This document shows positions 10,447-18,953 of a DNA stretch of 64,000 nt, piece by piece. The notes under the pieces are model-generated. The model was not told the DNA's origin, searched no databases, and was given only the letters and a program-made list of their open reading frames with translations. Made by a program: the position numbers and the translations under genes. Position 1 is the stretch's first letter. Each line of letters starts with the position of its first letter. Origin of the DNA: Alphaproteobacteria bacterium (lineage in GTDB: Bacteria > Pseudomonadota > Alphaproteobacteria > Rs-D84); the NCBI GenBank assembly GCA_015062485.1, contig SUUO01000004.1:17981-81980 (forward strand), in the 5' to 3' direction.

Positions 10447-11274
10447 ATGGCAAAACCAAAACTACGCAAACAGAATATTTTTAACACAACTATGGCCGCG
10501 ATTAAGTTTATCGCATTCTGGATTATGGTTGTTATTCAGATACCGATTATCGCATTCTTGCCACGTCGTTGGGCGGTTCAGTATATGCCGGTTTTTATGT
10601 GGTTTCTGCTTAAATTGGGCGGGATAAAAATTGTTGTGCACGGAAAACTGTCGGATGCGCGACCATTGATGATTGTATCTAATCATATATCGGTGTTTGA
10701 AATCGCAACATTTCCGTCCGCATTCCGGGGCAGCTTTATTGCCAAAAAAGAAATGGAAAATTGGCCATTGGTTGGTTGGGTTGCAAAAAAATTTGGCGTA
10801 ATCTTTGTTGATCGTCGCCCATCACACGCACGTGACGCCTTGGCGGTGGTGCAAGAAACGGTTAAAAACGTTAAATACCCAATGATATTGTTCCCAGAGG
10901 GCACAACCACCAACGGCGCATATGTAAAACCATTTAAAAGTACACTGTTTAGTTTTGTTGAAAATTCAAATGTTACGGTGCAACCTATGGCGATGCATTA
11001 TCGATACAAAGACGGCACACCGATTGATGAACAAACAATGGCGGACCATTTCGCGTACTTTGATAACAAAAAGATGGATATGGGCCCACTTTGCAAACGT
11101 GAACGCAGCGCATTCGGCCAAGTGTTTCATATTATGATGCTGGGTGGTTTTATGGTTGAAATTACATTGTTGCCGCCGCCACCCCTGGGGGGGTTAAACA
11201 GAAAAGAAATCGCAGAGGTACTGCAAAAACAGGTATCTGATAAATATATGGAATTAAAAGATAAAACAAAATAA
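10447..11274 (+). CDS. olsA: Lyso-ornithine lipid / 1-acyl-G3P acyltransferase (OlsA/PlsC family)
   Basis: SNHISVFE, FIAKKE, FVDRR, FPEGTT; immediately downstream of olsB. Confidence 0.7.
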   Translation: MAKPKLRKQNIFNTTMAAIKFIAFWIMVVIQIPIIAFLPRRWAVQYMPVFMWFLLKLGGIKIVVHGKLSDARPLMIVSNHISVFEIATFPSAFRGSFIAKKEMENWPLVGWVAKKFGVIFVDRRPSHARDALAVVQETVKNVKYPMILFPEGTTTNGAYVKPFKSTLFSFVENSNVTVQPMAMHYRYKDGTPIDEQTMADHFAYFDNKKMDMGPLCKRERSAFGQVFHIMMLGGFMVEITLLPPPPLGGLNRKEIAEVLQKQVSDKYMELKDKTK

Positions 11275-11295
11275 AAAATAAGAGATAAAAGAAAA

Positions 11296-12573
11296 ATGAG
11301 AATTGAAAATTTATGTGTTAAAAGATTGATTGGTGATGTTGCCGGCGCAACGACGCACGGACATAAAATCGCGGTCAAGGGTGGATATATCTATCAAACC
11401 TTTCAGGGGGGATATACGTTAAGTCCACTGGGGTGGCGTGTTGTTCGCAATATTGAAAATATAATCCGCAGCGAAATGGACGCCATCGACGGCCAGGAAA
11501 TCTTGATGCCGGTCGTATCTGGGGCGGACATATGGCGCGAAAGCGGACGTTACGATACGGTTGACGTGTTGGCCAAGTTCAAGGGGCGTTCCGGTGCGGA
11601 CTATGTATTAAACCCAACCCACGAAGAAGTTGTGGTGGATTTTGTAAAATCTGTGTTGGAAACATATCGCCAAATGCCATTTATGGTGTACCAGATTCAG
11701 ACAAAATTCCGTGATGAATTGCGTGTACGTGCGGGCCTTATTCGGACACGTGAATTTATTATGAAAGACGCCTATTCTTTCCACGAAACGCAAGCCGATT
11801 TGGAAAAATATTACAATCGTTGCCTGGATGCGTATACACGTGTATTTGAACGCTGTGGATTAAAAAATGTAATCAGCGTTATGTCGTCAACCGGCGATAT
11901 GGGCGGCAGTGTTGCACACGAATTTCAACTGGTAAACGATATGGGCGAAGACACACTTTTCCTGTGCGATTGCGGATTCAGTACCAACAAGGAATTGGTT
12001 GATGAAAATACAGAATCTTGTCCGAAATGCGGTAAAAAATTACGCAAGGTTCGCGGTATCGAAATCGGAAATATTTTCCAACTGGGAACCAAGTATTCCG
12101 CATCAATGAATCTGACGTATACAAATGCCGATGGCGAAACCCGGAATCCGATTATGGGTTGCTATGGCATTGGGGTCGGCCGCACAATGGCGGCAATTAT
12201 CGAAGAAAGCGCCGATGACAAAGGCCCAATTTGGAATATGGCAACCGCACCATTTGCGGTTGAGGTAATTGGTCTGGCGGATAAAGAGGGCAAAACATTG
12301 CCATTGGCGGAAAAAATTTATAATGACCTGCGTGCCGCCGGAATCGAAACAATCATCGATAACCGTGATGCACGTGCGGGTGAAAAGTTTGCCGATGCAG
12401 ATTTGATTGCGGCACCAATTCGCATCATTGTATCGGCCAAGAATTTGGCCAACAATGCGTTAGAGGTTAAATATCGCACAAACAATGTTGACACATCCGA
12501 TATGCCAACAACATTCGGGGTTGATACATATATGTCCGATATCCAAGACGCAATCGCAAAATTATCAAAATAA
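11296..12573 (+). CDS. proS: Prolyl-tRNA synthetase (bacterial type, no INS editing domain)
   Basis: PTHEE, YQIQTKFRDE.R.R.GL.R.REF.MKDAYSF, IEIGNIFQLGTKYS, MGCYGIG. Confidence 0.95.
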   Translation: MRIENLCVKRLIGDVAGATTHGHKIAVKGGYIYQTFQGGYTLSPLGWRVVRNIENIIRSEMDAIDGQEILMPVVSGADIWRESGRYDTVDVLAKFKGRSGADYVLNPTHEEVVVDFVKSVLETYRQMPFMVYQIQTKFRDELRVRAGLIRTREFIMKDAYSFHETQADLEKYYNRCLDAYTRVFERCGLKNVISVMSSTGDMGGSVAHEFQLVNDMGEDTLFLCDCGFSTNKELVDENTESCPKCGKKLRKVRGIEIGNIFQLGTKYSASMNLTYTNADGETRNPIMGCYGIGVGRTMAAIIEESADDKGPIWNMATAPFAVEVIGLADKEGKTLPLAEKIYNDLRAAGIETIIDNRDARAGEKFADADLIAAPIRIIVSAKNLANNALEVKYRTNNVDTSDMPTTFGVDTYMSDIQDAIAKLSK

Positions 12574-12600
12574 AAATCCCGCCATTGGCGGGATTTTTTT
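12572..12600. terminator. Intrinsic terminator after proS
   Basis: AAAATCCCGCCA-t-TGGCGGGATTTTTT. Confidence 0.85.
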
Positions 12601-12616
12601 CACAATCAGCAACTAT

Positions 12617-12652
12617 AAAAAATCACCGTCGGCAATTACTTAACCGACGGTG
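12617..12652 (-). terminator. Terminator at the end of the long 3' UTR of the 111-aa gene
   Basis: CACCGTCGG...CCGACGGTG stem followed by ATTTTTT on the minus strand. Confidence 0.7.
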
Positions 12653-12735
12653 GCTCCCTTCCTTCCGGTAGCCGGAAACTGTACTTGGATGAACGACACA
12701 TAATTTGCCCAGAAATGCGCATCCGCGCCGGGAAA

Positions 12736-13071
12736 TTATGCCGCCATTGCAACGTGCGCTTTGTCTGCAACGTTGGATGCATCCATAATCTTTTTAGCCT
12801 CTGCAAAGACCATTTCTTTGACGCGCAATGCCAAATCACGGGTTTCCATACTTTCGGCCGCAACATCAAAATTATCTGTGCGAATTTGCAAGGACACATA
12901 TGCACCAACCAGTGATGTACGTGCCAAATCTTCGATAGAACGTGGGGCGTTATTTTTGCCGATTTTTAATTCGTCTGCCAATGATACAATTTGACGATCT
13001 TCATTTACCCAGACGGTTGTTGTTAAAACTTGGTTCAGGGCAATCATAATTTCTTTGATATTTGTTGTCAT
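12736..13071 (-). CDS. Hypothetical protein (111 aa) ending in AMAA
   Basis: Strong SD GGAAGGAGGGG upstream, host-like codon usage, own terminator. Confidence 0.75.
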   Translation of the reverse strand: MTTNIKEIMIALNQVLTTTVWVNEDRQIVSLADELKIGKNNAPRSIEDLARTSLVGAYVSLQIRTDNFDVAAESMETRDLALRVKEMVFAEAKKIMDASNVADKAHVAMAA

Positions 13072-13338
13072 GTGCGTTCCCCTCCTTCCTTGGGATGCGG
13101 TTGTGGTAAAAATTTAATTCAAACCCTGTATTTACATTGGTATTTACAAAATTCGAATTTTATTTTTTTCCTTTGTTTTGTTTTTTGGCAGAAATCCGGT
13201 TTTATGCGGTTTTCTGGGCTTTTTATTTCTTTTTCCCTTGTCTATACAAATATCTTAGAACAAAAACGAATCGCAGGTCAAGCATAAAATATATTTATTT
13301 TCATTTTATTTTAATTTTTTTATTTTTTGTTACAAAAA

Positions 13339-13401
13339 CCATAAAATACCACACAACAACTATAAAATGTCATTGACAACCATATATGCCCGTGCTACAT
13401 T
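13339..13401 (+). promoter_or_regulatory. mraZ promoter with 10-bp-spaced MraZ-type operator repeats
   Basis: TTGACA(13373)-17 bp-TACATT(13396) with extended -10 TG; CCATA/CCACA/CTATA/CCATA repeats at about 10-bp period. Confidence 0.6.
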
Positions 13402-13464
13402 TCAATTACGAAGACGGAAAGACTAACATTGGGGCGTGCCCCACGAATAACACAAGAAGCAGGA

Positions 13465-13914
13465 ATGTCATTGTTTCTCTCATCTTATGAAAATCGTTTG
13501 GATACCAAGGGGCGCATTTCGGTGCCGGCTTCTTTCCGGGCTTCGGTTGCAAACGAAAAATTTGCGGGGGTTGTACTGTTTCGTTCATTTACAAACAACT
13601 GTATCGAGGGTTTTTCAATGTCCAGAATGGAGGCTATGGCGTCCGCCACCGACCAAATGGGCGTTTTTGACAGCAATCTGGATGATTTATCGGCAATGCT
13701 GTTTGCGGATGCACGCCAACTGGCATTTGACGTGACGGGACGCATTGTTATTCCGTCGGACCTGTTGGCGCACGCCGGAATTACCGATCGCGCCGTGTTT
13801 GTCGGTCGCGGGAACAGTTTTCAAATTTGGAACCCGGATGCATTCCGCAAGGTTCAGGAAAAAGCCCTTAGCAATTTACGCGAGACGCGCCCAAATTTAA
13901 AGATTTCTTTATAA
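13465..13914 (+). CDS. mraZ: Transcriptional regulator MraZ
   Basis: Two DxxGRI.(V/I)P repeats, VFVGRGNSFQIWNP. Confidence 0.93.
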   Translation: MSLFLSSYENRLDTKGRISVPASFRASVANEKFAGVVLFRSFTNNCIEGFSMSRMEAMASATDQMGVFDSNLDDLSAMLFADARQLAFDVTGRIVIPSDLLAHAGITDRAVFVGRGNSFQIWNPDAFRKVQEKALSNLRETRPNLKISL

Positions 13915-13955
13915 AAATTCCCCGTTTGATTAAAGCGCAACTAATGACAACATCA

Positions 13956-13987
13956 ATACTGAACTAAACTTTTATTTATCATAGTAA
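13956..13987 (+). repeat. dif/lox-like 32-bp site, copy A
   Basis: ATACTGAACTAAA-CTTTTA-TTTATCATAGTAA; near-identical to copies at 23201-23232 (-) and 23376-23407 (+). Confidence 0.7.
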
Positions 13988-14007
13988 ATGCTGATATGAA
14001 AAACGTC

Positions 14008-14036
14008 TTGCCTAAAATCGCGCAAAGCGTTATAAT
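14008..14036 (+). promoter_or_regulatory. sigma70 promoter for the Cys-rich gene
   Basis: TTGCCT-17 bp-TATAAT. Confidence 0.65.
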
Positions 14037-14145
14037 ACGTGGCATAGAGACGAAAAACATATGCCGAATCCAATGGGACGTTTTTCCGCGGCATAAATTC
14101 ATAATTAAAAATCCCTGATTTCTGCATATTTTATCCCCCGTTTTT

Positions 14146-15201
14146 GTGCCGAATCTAAACGTCGGTTTGGTTGCGGCGATTGCTATCGCATTAGCGTCAA
14201 TATCGACAACAAACGTTGCATATGCAGCGGCGTGTACATATTCGTCAACATACACATCGGGGACGACTTATACGGGTGCACAATGCCAAACGTTGTCAGC
14301 TGTCTCTTATTTTTCCGCCGGCGGACAGGTAAAGTCTTGCAACACCTGCAGAACTGGTTATACCAGGGTCGCAACGTCAAAAACCCATAGTAGCGGATGT
14401 ACATTTACAATGTACGACTGTGTCGCGAGCGCGAATTACGCCACGGTGGTCGCAGATTGTTCATCGTCCAGCCTTTCAACATTGTATACCAACGCCTGTA
14501 ATGGCGTCTATGGCAACTATCTGGGCAGTTCTTCAACATCTGTGATAAATGAGGCCGGACTTTCTTCGGAATACGACGCGTGTGGGGTATATAATATAAA
14601 ATACGCCTCATCACAACTGACTGCAAAAGTAATTATGTGTTTCAAAAGTCAAATTTTATTTAATGGCACAACCTTTGGCAGCATCCAAGTATCCAAAATA
14701 TTCTCAGAATGCGACCCAGGCTATCACGCCGACGATTACACCACACAATATGTTATCACAGACTGGAGTGGTAATACCGGTGCTACCTTCTCTATAACAA
14801 ATTATGCCCAATGGGACTGTTGCAATAATACAACATCCTGTATGGGGTATGCTGGTGGCAACACAACCAATGCGGGCGATATGATGCTGTATTATTCTGC
14901 AAAAACGTGTTCGACAACAGGGACGTGTGGCGCAACGACCGCGGGCGGATATATCACATGCAATACCGGTTATTATAGTGCCAAGGGGCTGTCGAAATAT
15001 ACATTAACATCAAGTAACAATCCCGCAAATTATGCATCGTATTTAAATTGCACGTCTTGCGCCACAGCAACAAGCAACACCAGCGCAACCAGTGATATCG
15101 GCGCCAGCGCGATAACGCAATGCTATCTGCCGGCGGGTTATGACGACACAGATACCACCGGCGCCTGGAAGTACGACAGCAATTGTAATTATACGAAATA
15201 A
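14146..15201 (+). CDS. Secreted Cys/Thr/Ser-rich protein (start uncertain)
   Basis: Signal-like AIAIALAS..VAYAA; many Cys; C-terminal CYLPAG..DTTGAWKY..NC module. Confidence 0.75.
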   Translation: MPNLNVGLVAAIAIALASISTTNVAYAAACTYSSTYTSGTTYTGAQCQTLSAVSYFSAGGQVKSCNTCRTGYTRVATSKTHSSGCTFTMYDCVASANYATVVADCSSSSLSTLYTNACNGVYGNYLGSSSTSVINEAGLSSEYDACGVYNIKYASSQLTAKVIMCFKSQILFNGTTFGSIQVSKIFSECDPGYHADDYTTQYVITDWSGNTGATFSITNYAQWDCCNNTTSCMGYAGGNTTNAGDMMLYYSAKTCSTTGTCGATTAGGYITCNTGYYSAKGLSKYTLTSSNNPANYASYLNCTSCATATSNTSATSDIGASAITQCYLPAGYDDTDTTGAWKYDSNCNYTK

Positions 15202-15229
15202 AAAATCCCGCCATATGGCGGGATTTTTT
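15200..15229. terminator. Bidirectional intrinsic terminator
   Basis: AAAAAATCCCGCCAT-ATGGCGGGATTTTT. Confidence 0.85.
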
Positions 15230-15515
15230 ATTTCTTGGCTACACGGTTTCTGAATTCCGTGCTGGGGCGGAATGTGACGACGTTACGCGCCGTGATTAGC
15301 GCCGGTTCGCCCGTCTTTGGGTTACGCCCCATACGAGCATTTTTTTCAAGAATCTTGAATGTGCCGAATCCGGCAAACTTGACCTCTTCCCCGTGAAGCA
15401 AGGATTCACTTATTTCATCAAATATCACATCGACCAATTTGTACGCGTCCGCCGATGTTAAACCAAACTTATCGCGCAGTTTATCTGCTAAATCACTTCT
15501 TGTTACTGTTGCCAT
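15228..15515 (-). CDS. ihfA: Integration host factor subunit alpha
   Basis: TVTRSDLA, VKFAGFGTF, RMGRNPKTGE, VTFRPS; directly after fabH as in Alphaproteobacteria. Confidence 0.85.
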   Translation of the reverse strand: MATVTRSDLADKLRDKFGLTSADAYKLVDVIFDEISESLLHGEEVKFAGFGTFKILEKNARMGRNPKTGEPALITARNVVTFRPSTEFRNRVAKK

Positions 15516-15518
15516 TTG

Positions 15519-16457
15519 TTACACCCTTATTAGTGCCGCACCCCAGGTCAGACCACTGCCGAATGCGGGATATAAAATTAACTGTCCGTGCTTTATCATA
15601 CCAGATTCAAATCCATATGCCAGTGCTAAAACACCGGATGCGCCACTGGTATTTGCGTGTCTGTCCACCGTAACCAAAATCTTGTTCAGTGGAAATTCCA
15701 GGCGTGCCGCACAACTTTCAATTATGCGCAGGTTCGCCTGGTGCGGGATAATCCAGTCGACATTGTCGGCCGTAATCCCCGCGTGTTCCATTATGTAACG
15801 CGCCGCGTGTGGCATTGACATAATCGCGCGCCGATATGTTTCGGGACCATTCATTTCAATTTTATGGTCGTTCGTGCCGTGCAACATATCATAACCCGCA
15901 CCGTCGGCCATTACAACCGTGTCAATTATACCAGAATAACTGGATGTGGAACGTTCAAATATCAACGCACCGGCACCATCACCGAATAAAACAGCCGTAC
16001 TGCGATCAGACCAATCAATAAAGCGCGACATTTTTTCCGCACCAACAATCATAATACGCTGGTGCATACCGGCGGCAAAGAACGCACGTGCCGTATGCAA
16101 TGCATAAATATAGCCCGTACACGCACCACGCACATCAAACGCAGGCTGATTCCGGGTTGCGCCCAGGCGCCCCAAAATTTGAACCCCAACGGATGGAAAA
16201 TCCAATTCCGGCGTTGTCGTTGCCACAATCAGCATATCGATATCATCTATGGTCAAGGCGGCATTTTCCAGCGCACGCCGTGCCGCAATAACGGCCATAT
16301 CAACAACCGTTTCATCTTCGCGTGCAATATGACGTTCACGGATACCCGTACGCGTGACAATCCATTCGTCGGTCGTGTCCATAATACGTTCAAAATCGGC
16401 ATTAGTCATAACGCGAGACGGCAAATATGCACCATAGCCAATTAACTTATTTCCCAT
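15519..16457 (-). CDS. fabH: 3-oxoacyl-ACP synthase III
   Basis: DTTDEWIVTRTGIRER, GACTG, LFGDGAGA, PHQAN, HANTS, FGSGLTWG. Confidence 0.93.
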   Translation of the reverse strand: MGNKLIGYGAYLPSRVMTNADFERIMDTTDEWIVTRTGIRERHIAREDETVVDMAVIAARRALENAALTIDDIDMLIVATTTPELDFPSVGVQILGRLGATRNQPAFDVRGACTGYIYALHTARAFFAAGMHQRIMIVGAEKMSRFIDWSDRSTAVLFGDGAGALIFERSTSSYSGIIDTVVMADGAGYDMLHGTNDHKIEMNGPETYRRAIMSMPHAARYIMEHAGITADNVDWIIPHQANLRIIESCAARLEFPLNKILVTVDRHANTSGASGVLALAYGFESGMIKHGQLILYPAFGSGLTWGAALIRV

Positions 16458-16560
16458 AGAGATACGGTCCCCTGCCCTTTGATTTTTTTGCCAACGCATT
16501 ATACAGACACAAAAACCATCTTGCAATATTTTATTGTTGGGAATAAAATGTCAAACAGAT

Positions 16561-16636
16561 GTCCCCATAGTTCAATTGGATAGAACAAATTCCTCCTAAG
16601 AATTAGATACAGGTTCGATTCCTGTTGGGGATGCCA
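16561..16636 (+). tRNA. tRNA-Arg (anticodon CCT)
   Basis: Cloverleaf: GTCCCCA acceptor, GTTC/GAAC D stem, AATTC-CT CCT AA-GAATT anticodon arm, GGTTCGATTCC, encoded CCA. Confidence 0.95.
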
Positions 16637-16638
16637 GA

Positions 16639-17553
16639 TTATTTGATTTTTTGGTTCTGTGTCATATAAAGAACATTGTCATAGCGTTTGCTGCCCATCA
16701 TAGGTTTTACAAAACAATTATCCATCTTATGGCCGGTGGCGTGCGTTTTTGAATTTTGCTTGGCGGCAAATTTTTGCCACGCATCCCACATTTGATCGCG
16801 CGTTGATGCGTTATTGCCCCACATATATTCCAATATGATTGTTCCGCCATCTGGACTAAGATTATTTTGCGATAAATCAGTTAATGTGGCATTATAAAAC
16901 TGATTTAATGCCTGGTAACCGTCTGATATTTCACTGTGCTGAAAATCAAAAATATTAGACAGCATAATAAAATCATATTTTCGTGCAAAGTTTGCAGATA
17001 TCCCCGTAATATCCAGATGTTTAAAACTGATGCCCCGGGGCAGTTTTTTTGCCAGCAGGTTGTATTTTTCTTCGTATGAATAATATGTGTTATCGTAATG
17101 GGCTGTAATATCCAGTTGCCCATTATACGCGAACATTTTGCGACCGGCATTACCAATACTGTAATACAGGTCCATAAACATACGCAACGATGGTGAAAAC
17201 AGTGGCATAATTGGTTTGATTATTTGTATATCAAAGAATCGGTCCCTGGTAAAAAAGAATTCTAAAAAGTCTTCATATGGAATATTTTTAATCATATGAT
17301 TTTTTAATTCTATGATTGGTTTCTGGCGATAATTGATATCAAATGTGTCCACATTTTTTGCGCCGCGTGCATAGCATTCAAATGCGTGGTCGCCAGATGC
17401 GCCAACTGTTAATACGGTTTTGCCAGATAAATCAAATTTATCCAGGTATCCCGCAACATTTTCATTTGAAAACAAGAATACTTCCAGGTCTTTTCTATAA
17501 CCCTGGCTGGTGCAAATCGTATCTTGATTAAAATCAGGCATATTTTGAAACAT
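16639..17553 (-). CDS. DUF3419/BtaA-like SAM-dependent transferase, paralog 2
   Basis: FLFSNEN, VLTVGASGDH, FDINYRQ..ELK, YDFIMLSNI. Confidence 0.7.
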   Translation of the reverse strand: MFQNMPDFNQDTICTSQGYRKDLEVFLFSNENVAGYLDKFDLSGKTVLTVGASGDHAFECYARGAKNVDTFDINYRQKPIIELKNHMIKNIPYEDFLEFFFTRDRFFDIQIIKPIMPLFSPSLRMFMDLYYSIGNAGRKMFAYNGQLDITAHYDNTYYSYEEKYNLLAKKLPRGISFKHLDITGISANFARKYDFIMLSNIFDFQHSEISDGYQALNQFYNATLTDLSQNNLSPDGGTIILEYMWGNNASTRDQMWDAWQKFAAKQNSKTHATGHKMDNCFVKPMMGSKRYDNVLYMTQNQKIK

Positions 17554-18483
17554 TTATCGAACCTTTTGACTAAAAGTCAGCGCTACATCCATCCCCGCAC
17601 CGGGATTCATCACACTGTTATATGTGGTTGGAACGGTAACCATATCTATTTTATGTTCCAGGGGGCAAAAATCATCAATCCGGTATTTCATATATTGCTG
17701 AATCGCGTCAATCATTGTGCGATAATCGGCCGTATTCGCACACCAGGCATAATTAAAACAAATCTGGCCATTGTTGGCGTTCAGATTCCGGTCCGCAATC
17801 GGTGTTATCACATTGTTATAGAATGCCATAATCCGTCCGGCGGTGTCGGGAATTTCTTCGAACATATATTCGGATATATTCGACAATAAAATCGTGTCAT
17901 AAACCGTGTCGCAACGATTGGCAATATTCATCAGATCTGTATGCGTAAAACCAATCTTGTCGGGCATTATATGTGACAGATACGAATATGCCGTAACATC
18001 ATTGATATAGGATATTTTATCAATGTCATAAAATATAGATTGCGCGGTGCGATATCGAAACAAAGAGCGATTTCGCGTCTTGTAATACTTGTTCAAAAAT
18101 ATTTTAAGTGCCGGCGTAAACTTGTGCCATATGGGTTTGATAATGTCACGATTAAAAAAATCTGCCTCGTTAAAAAAGAAATGCATAAATGATAAATACG
18201 GCAGATGCTTTATCATCTTGGACTTTAATTCCAAAACGTGACGTTGCAGATAGTTTACGTCAAATGTATCAACATTTTTGGCGCCACGAACCAAACATTC
18301 AAAGGCGTGATCGCCACTGCCGGTGACGGTCAAAACATTTTTGTCCACAACATCATTGATTTGCGATAAATACCCGGGTATGTTTTCATTTGTAAACAAA
18401 AACACGGGCGCGTGCCAGTTATAGACACTGCGCTGACTTACACCATTTTTTAATGCATATGCGGTTTTGATTACATCAAACAT
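17554..18483 (-). CDS. DUF3419/BtaA-like SAM-dependent transferase, paralog 1
   Basis: FLFTNEN, VLTVTGSGDH, FDVNYLQ..ELK, YDTILLSNI; clear paralog of the neighbouring gene. Confidence 0.7.
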   Translation of the reverse strand: MFDVIKTAYALKNGVSQRSVYNWHAPVFLFTNENIPGYLSQINDVVDKNVLTVTGSGDHAFECLVRGAKNVDTFDVNYLQRHVLELKSKMIKHLPYLSFMHFFFNEADFFNRDIIKPIWHKFTPALKIFLNKYYKTRNRSLFRYRTAQSIFYDIDKISYINDVTAYSYLSHIMPDKIGFTHTDLMNIANRCDTVYDTILLSNISEYMFEEIPDTAGRIMAFYNNVITPIADRNLNANNGQICFNYAWCANTADYRTMIDAIQQYMKYRIDDFCPLEHKIDMVTVPTTYNSVMNPGAGMDVALTFSQKVR

Positions 18484-18601
18484 AATATTTGATTATATAA
18501 CACATTATTTATTTTTGTCAATATAGATTTTTATCTTATTATTTTATGATTTACAGGGCAAAAAAATTTACTATAATTTCACGCACATAAAGGAAAAACG
18601 A

Positions 18602-18928
18602 ATGAAAAACAAAGCCGTAAAAATTGGGATTATCGCATCAATTGTGCCACACATATTCTGTTGTGGCGTGCCAATTGCATTGTCAATTATTGGATTGATT
18701 GCGCCAGAATCTGCGCATTTTCATTTGATTCCACACGAATGGGAACCGTTTTTATTTGTTGTGTCGGGGGCGTTGTTGGCCCTGTCGTGGTATATGGTGG
18801 CGCGCGACTGTCGGTGCAAATGCGAACATTGCGATGGCGATAAATCGCACCGCACCCAAAAGATTATAATGTCCGTAATTACGATATTGTTTGTACTAAG
18901 TGTGATATTACACGTGACAACACATTAA
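18602..18928 (+). CDS. Small 3-TM Cys/His-rich membrane protein (MerT/MerC-like)
   Basis: HIFCCGVP in TM1, CRCKCEHC loop, three hydrophobic segments. Confidence 0.6.
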   Translation: MKNKAVKIGIIASIVPHIFCCGVPIALSIIGLIAPESAHFHLIPHEWEPFLFVVSGALLALSWYMVARDCRCKCEHCDGDKSHRTQKIIMSVITILFVLSVILHVTTH

Positions 18929-18953
18929 AAATCCCCCAAACGGGGGATTTTTT
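18927..18953. terminator. Bidirectional intrinsic terminator
   Basis: AAAATCCCCC-aaac-GGGGGATTTT. Confidence 0.85.

Noticed and set aside
12617-12790. Possible tmRNA (tag-like AMAA*) or SRP RNA (CCGGAAGGAAG)
   Set aside because: No tRNA-like tmRNA ends, and the tag is the end of a full ORF with an RBS; the SRP flanks TCAGG/GCAGC are absent
13996-14118. ATG in frame with the 351-aa gene, interrupted by TGA, suggesting UGA recoding
   Set aside because: TGA is a real stop elsewhere (recR/rsmA ATGA overlap, kef, virB10), tRNA-Trp has anticodon CCA, and this ATG lies upstream of the predicted promoter
16610-16636. attR duplication of the tRNA-Arg 3' end delimiting an island
   Set aside because: No second copy found by eye and no integrase in the window
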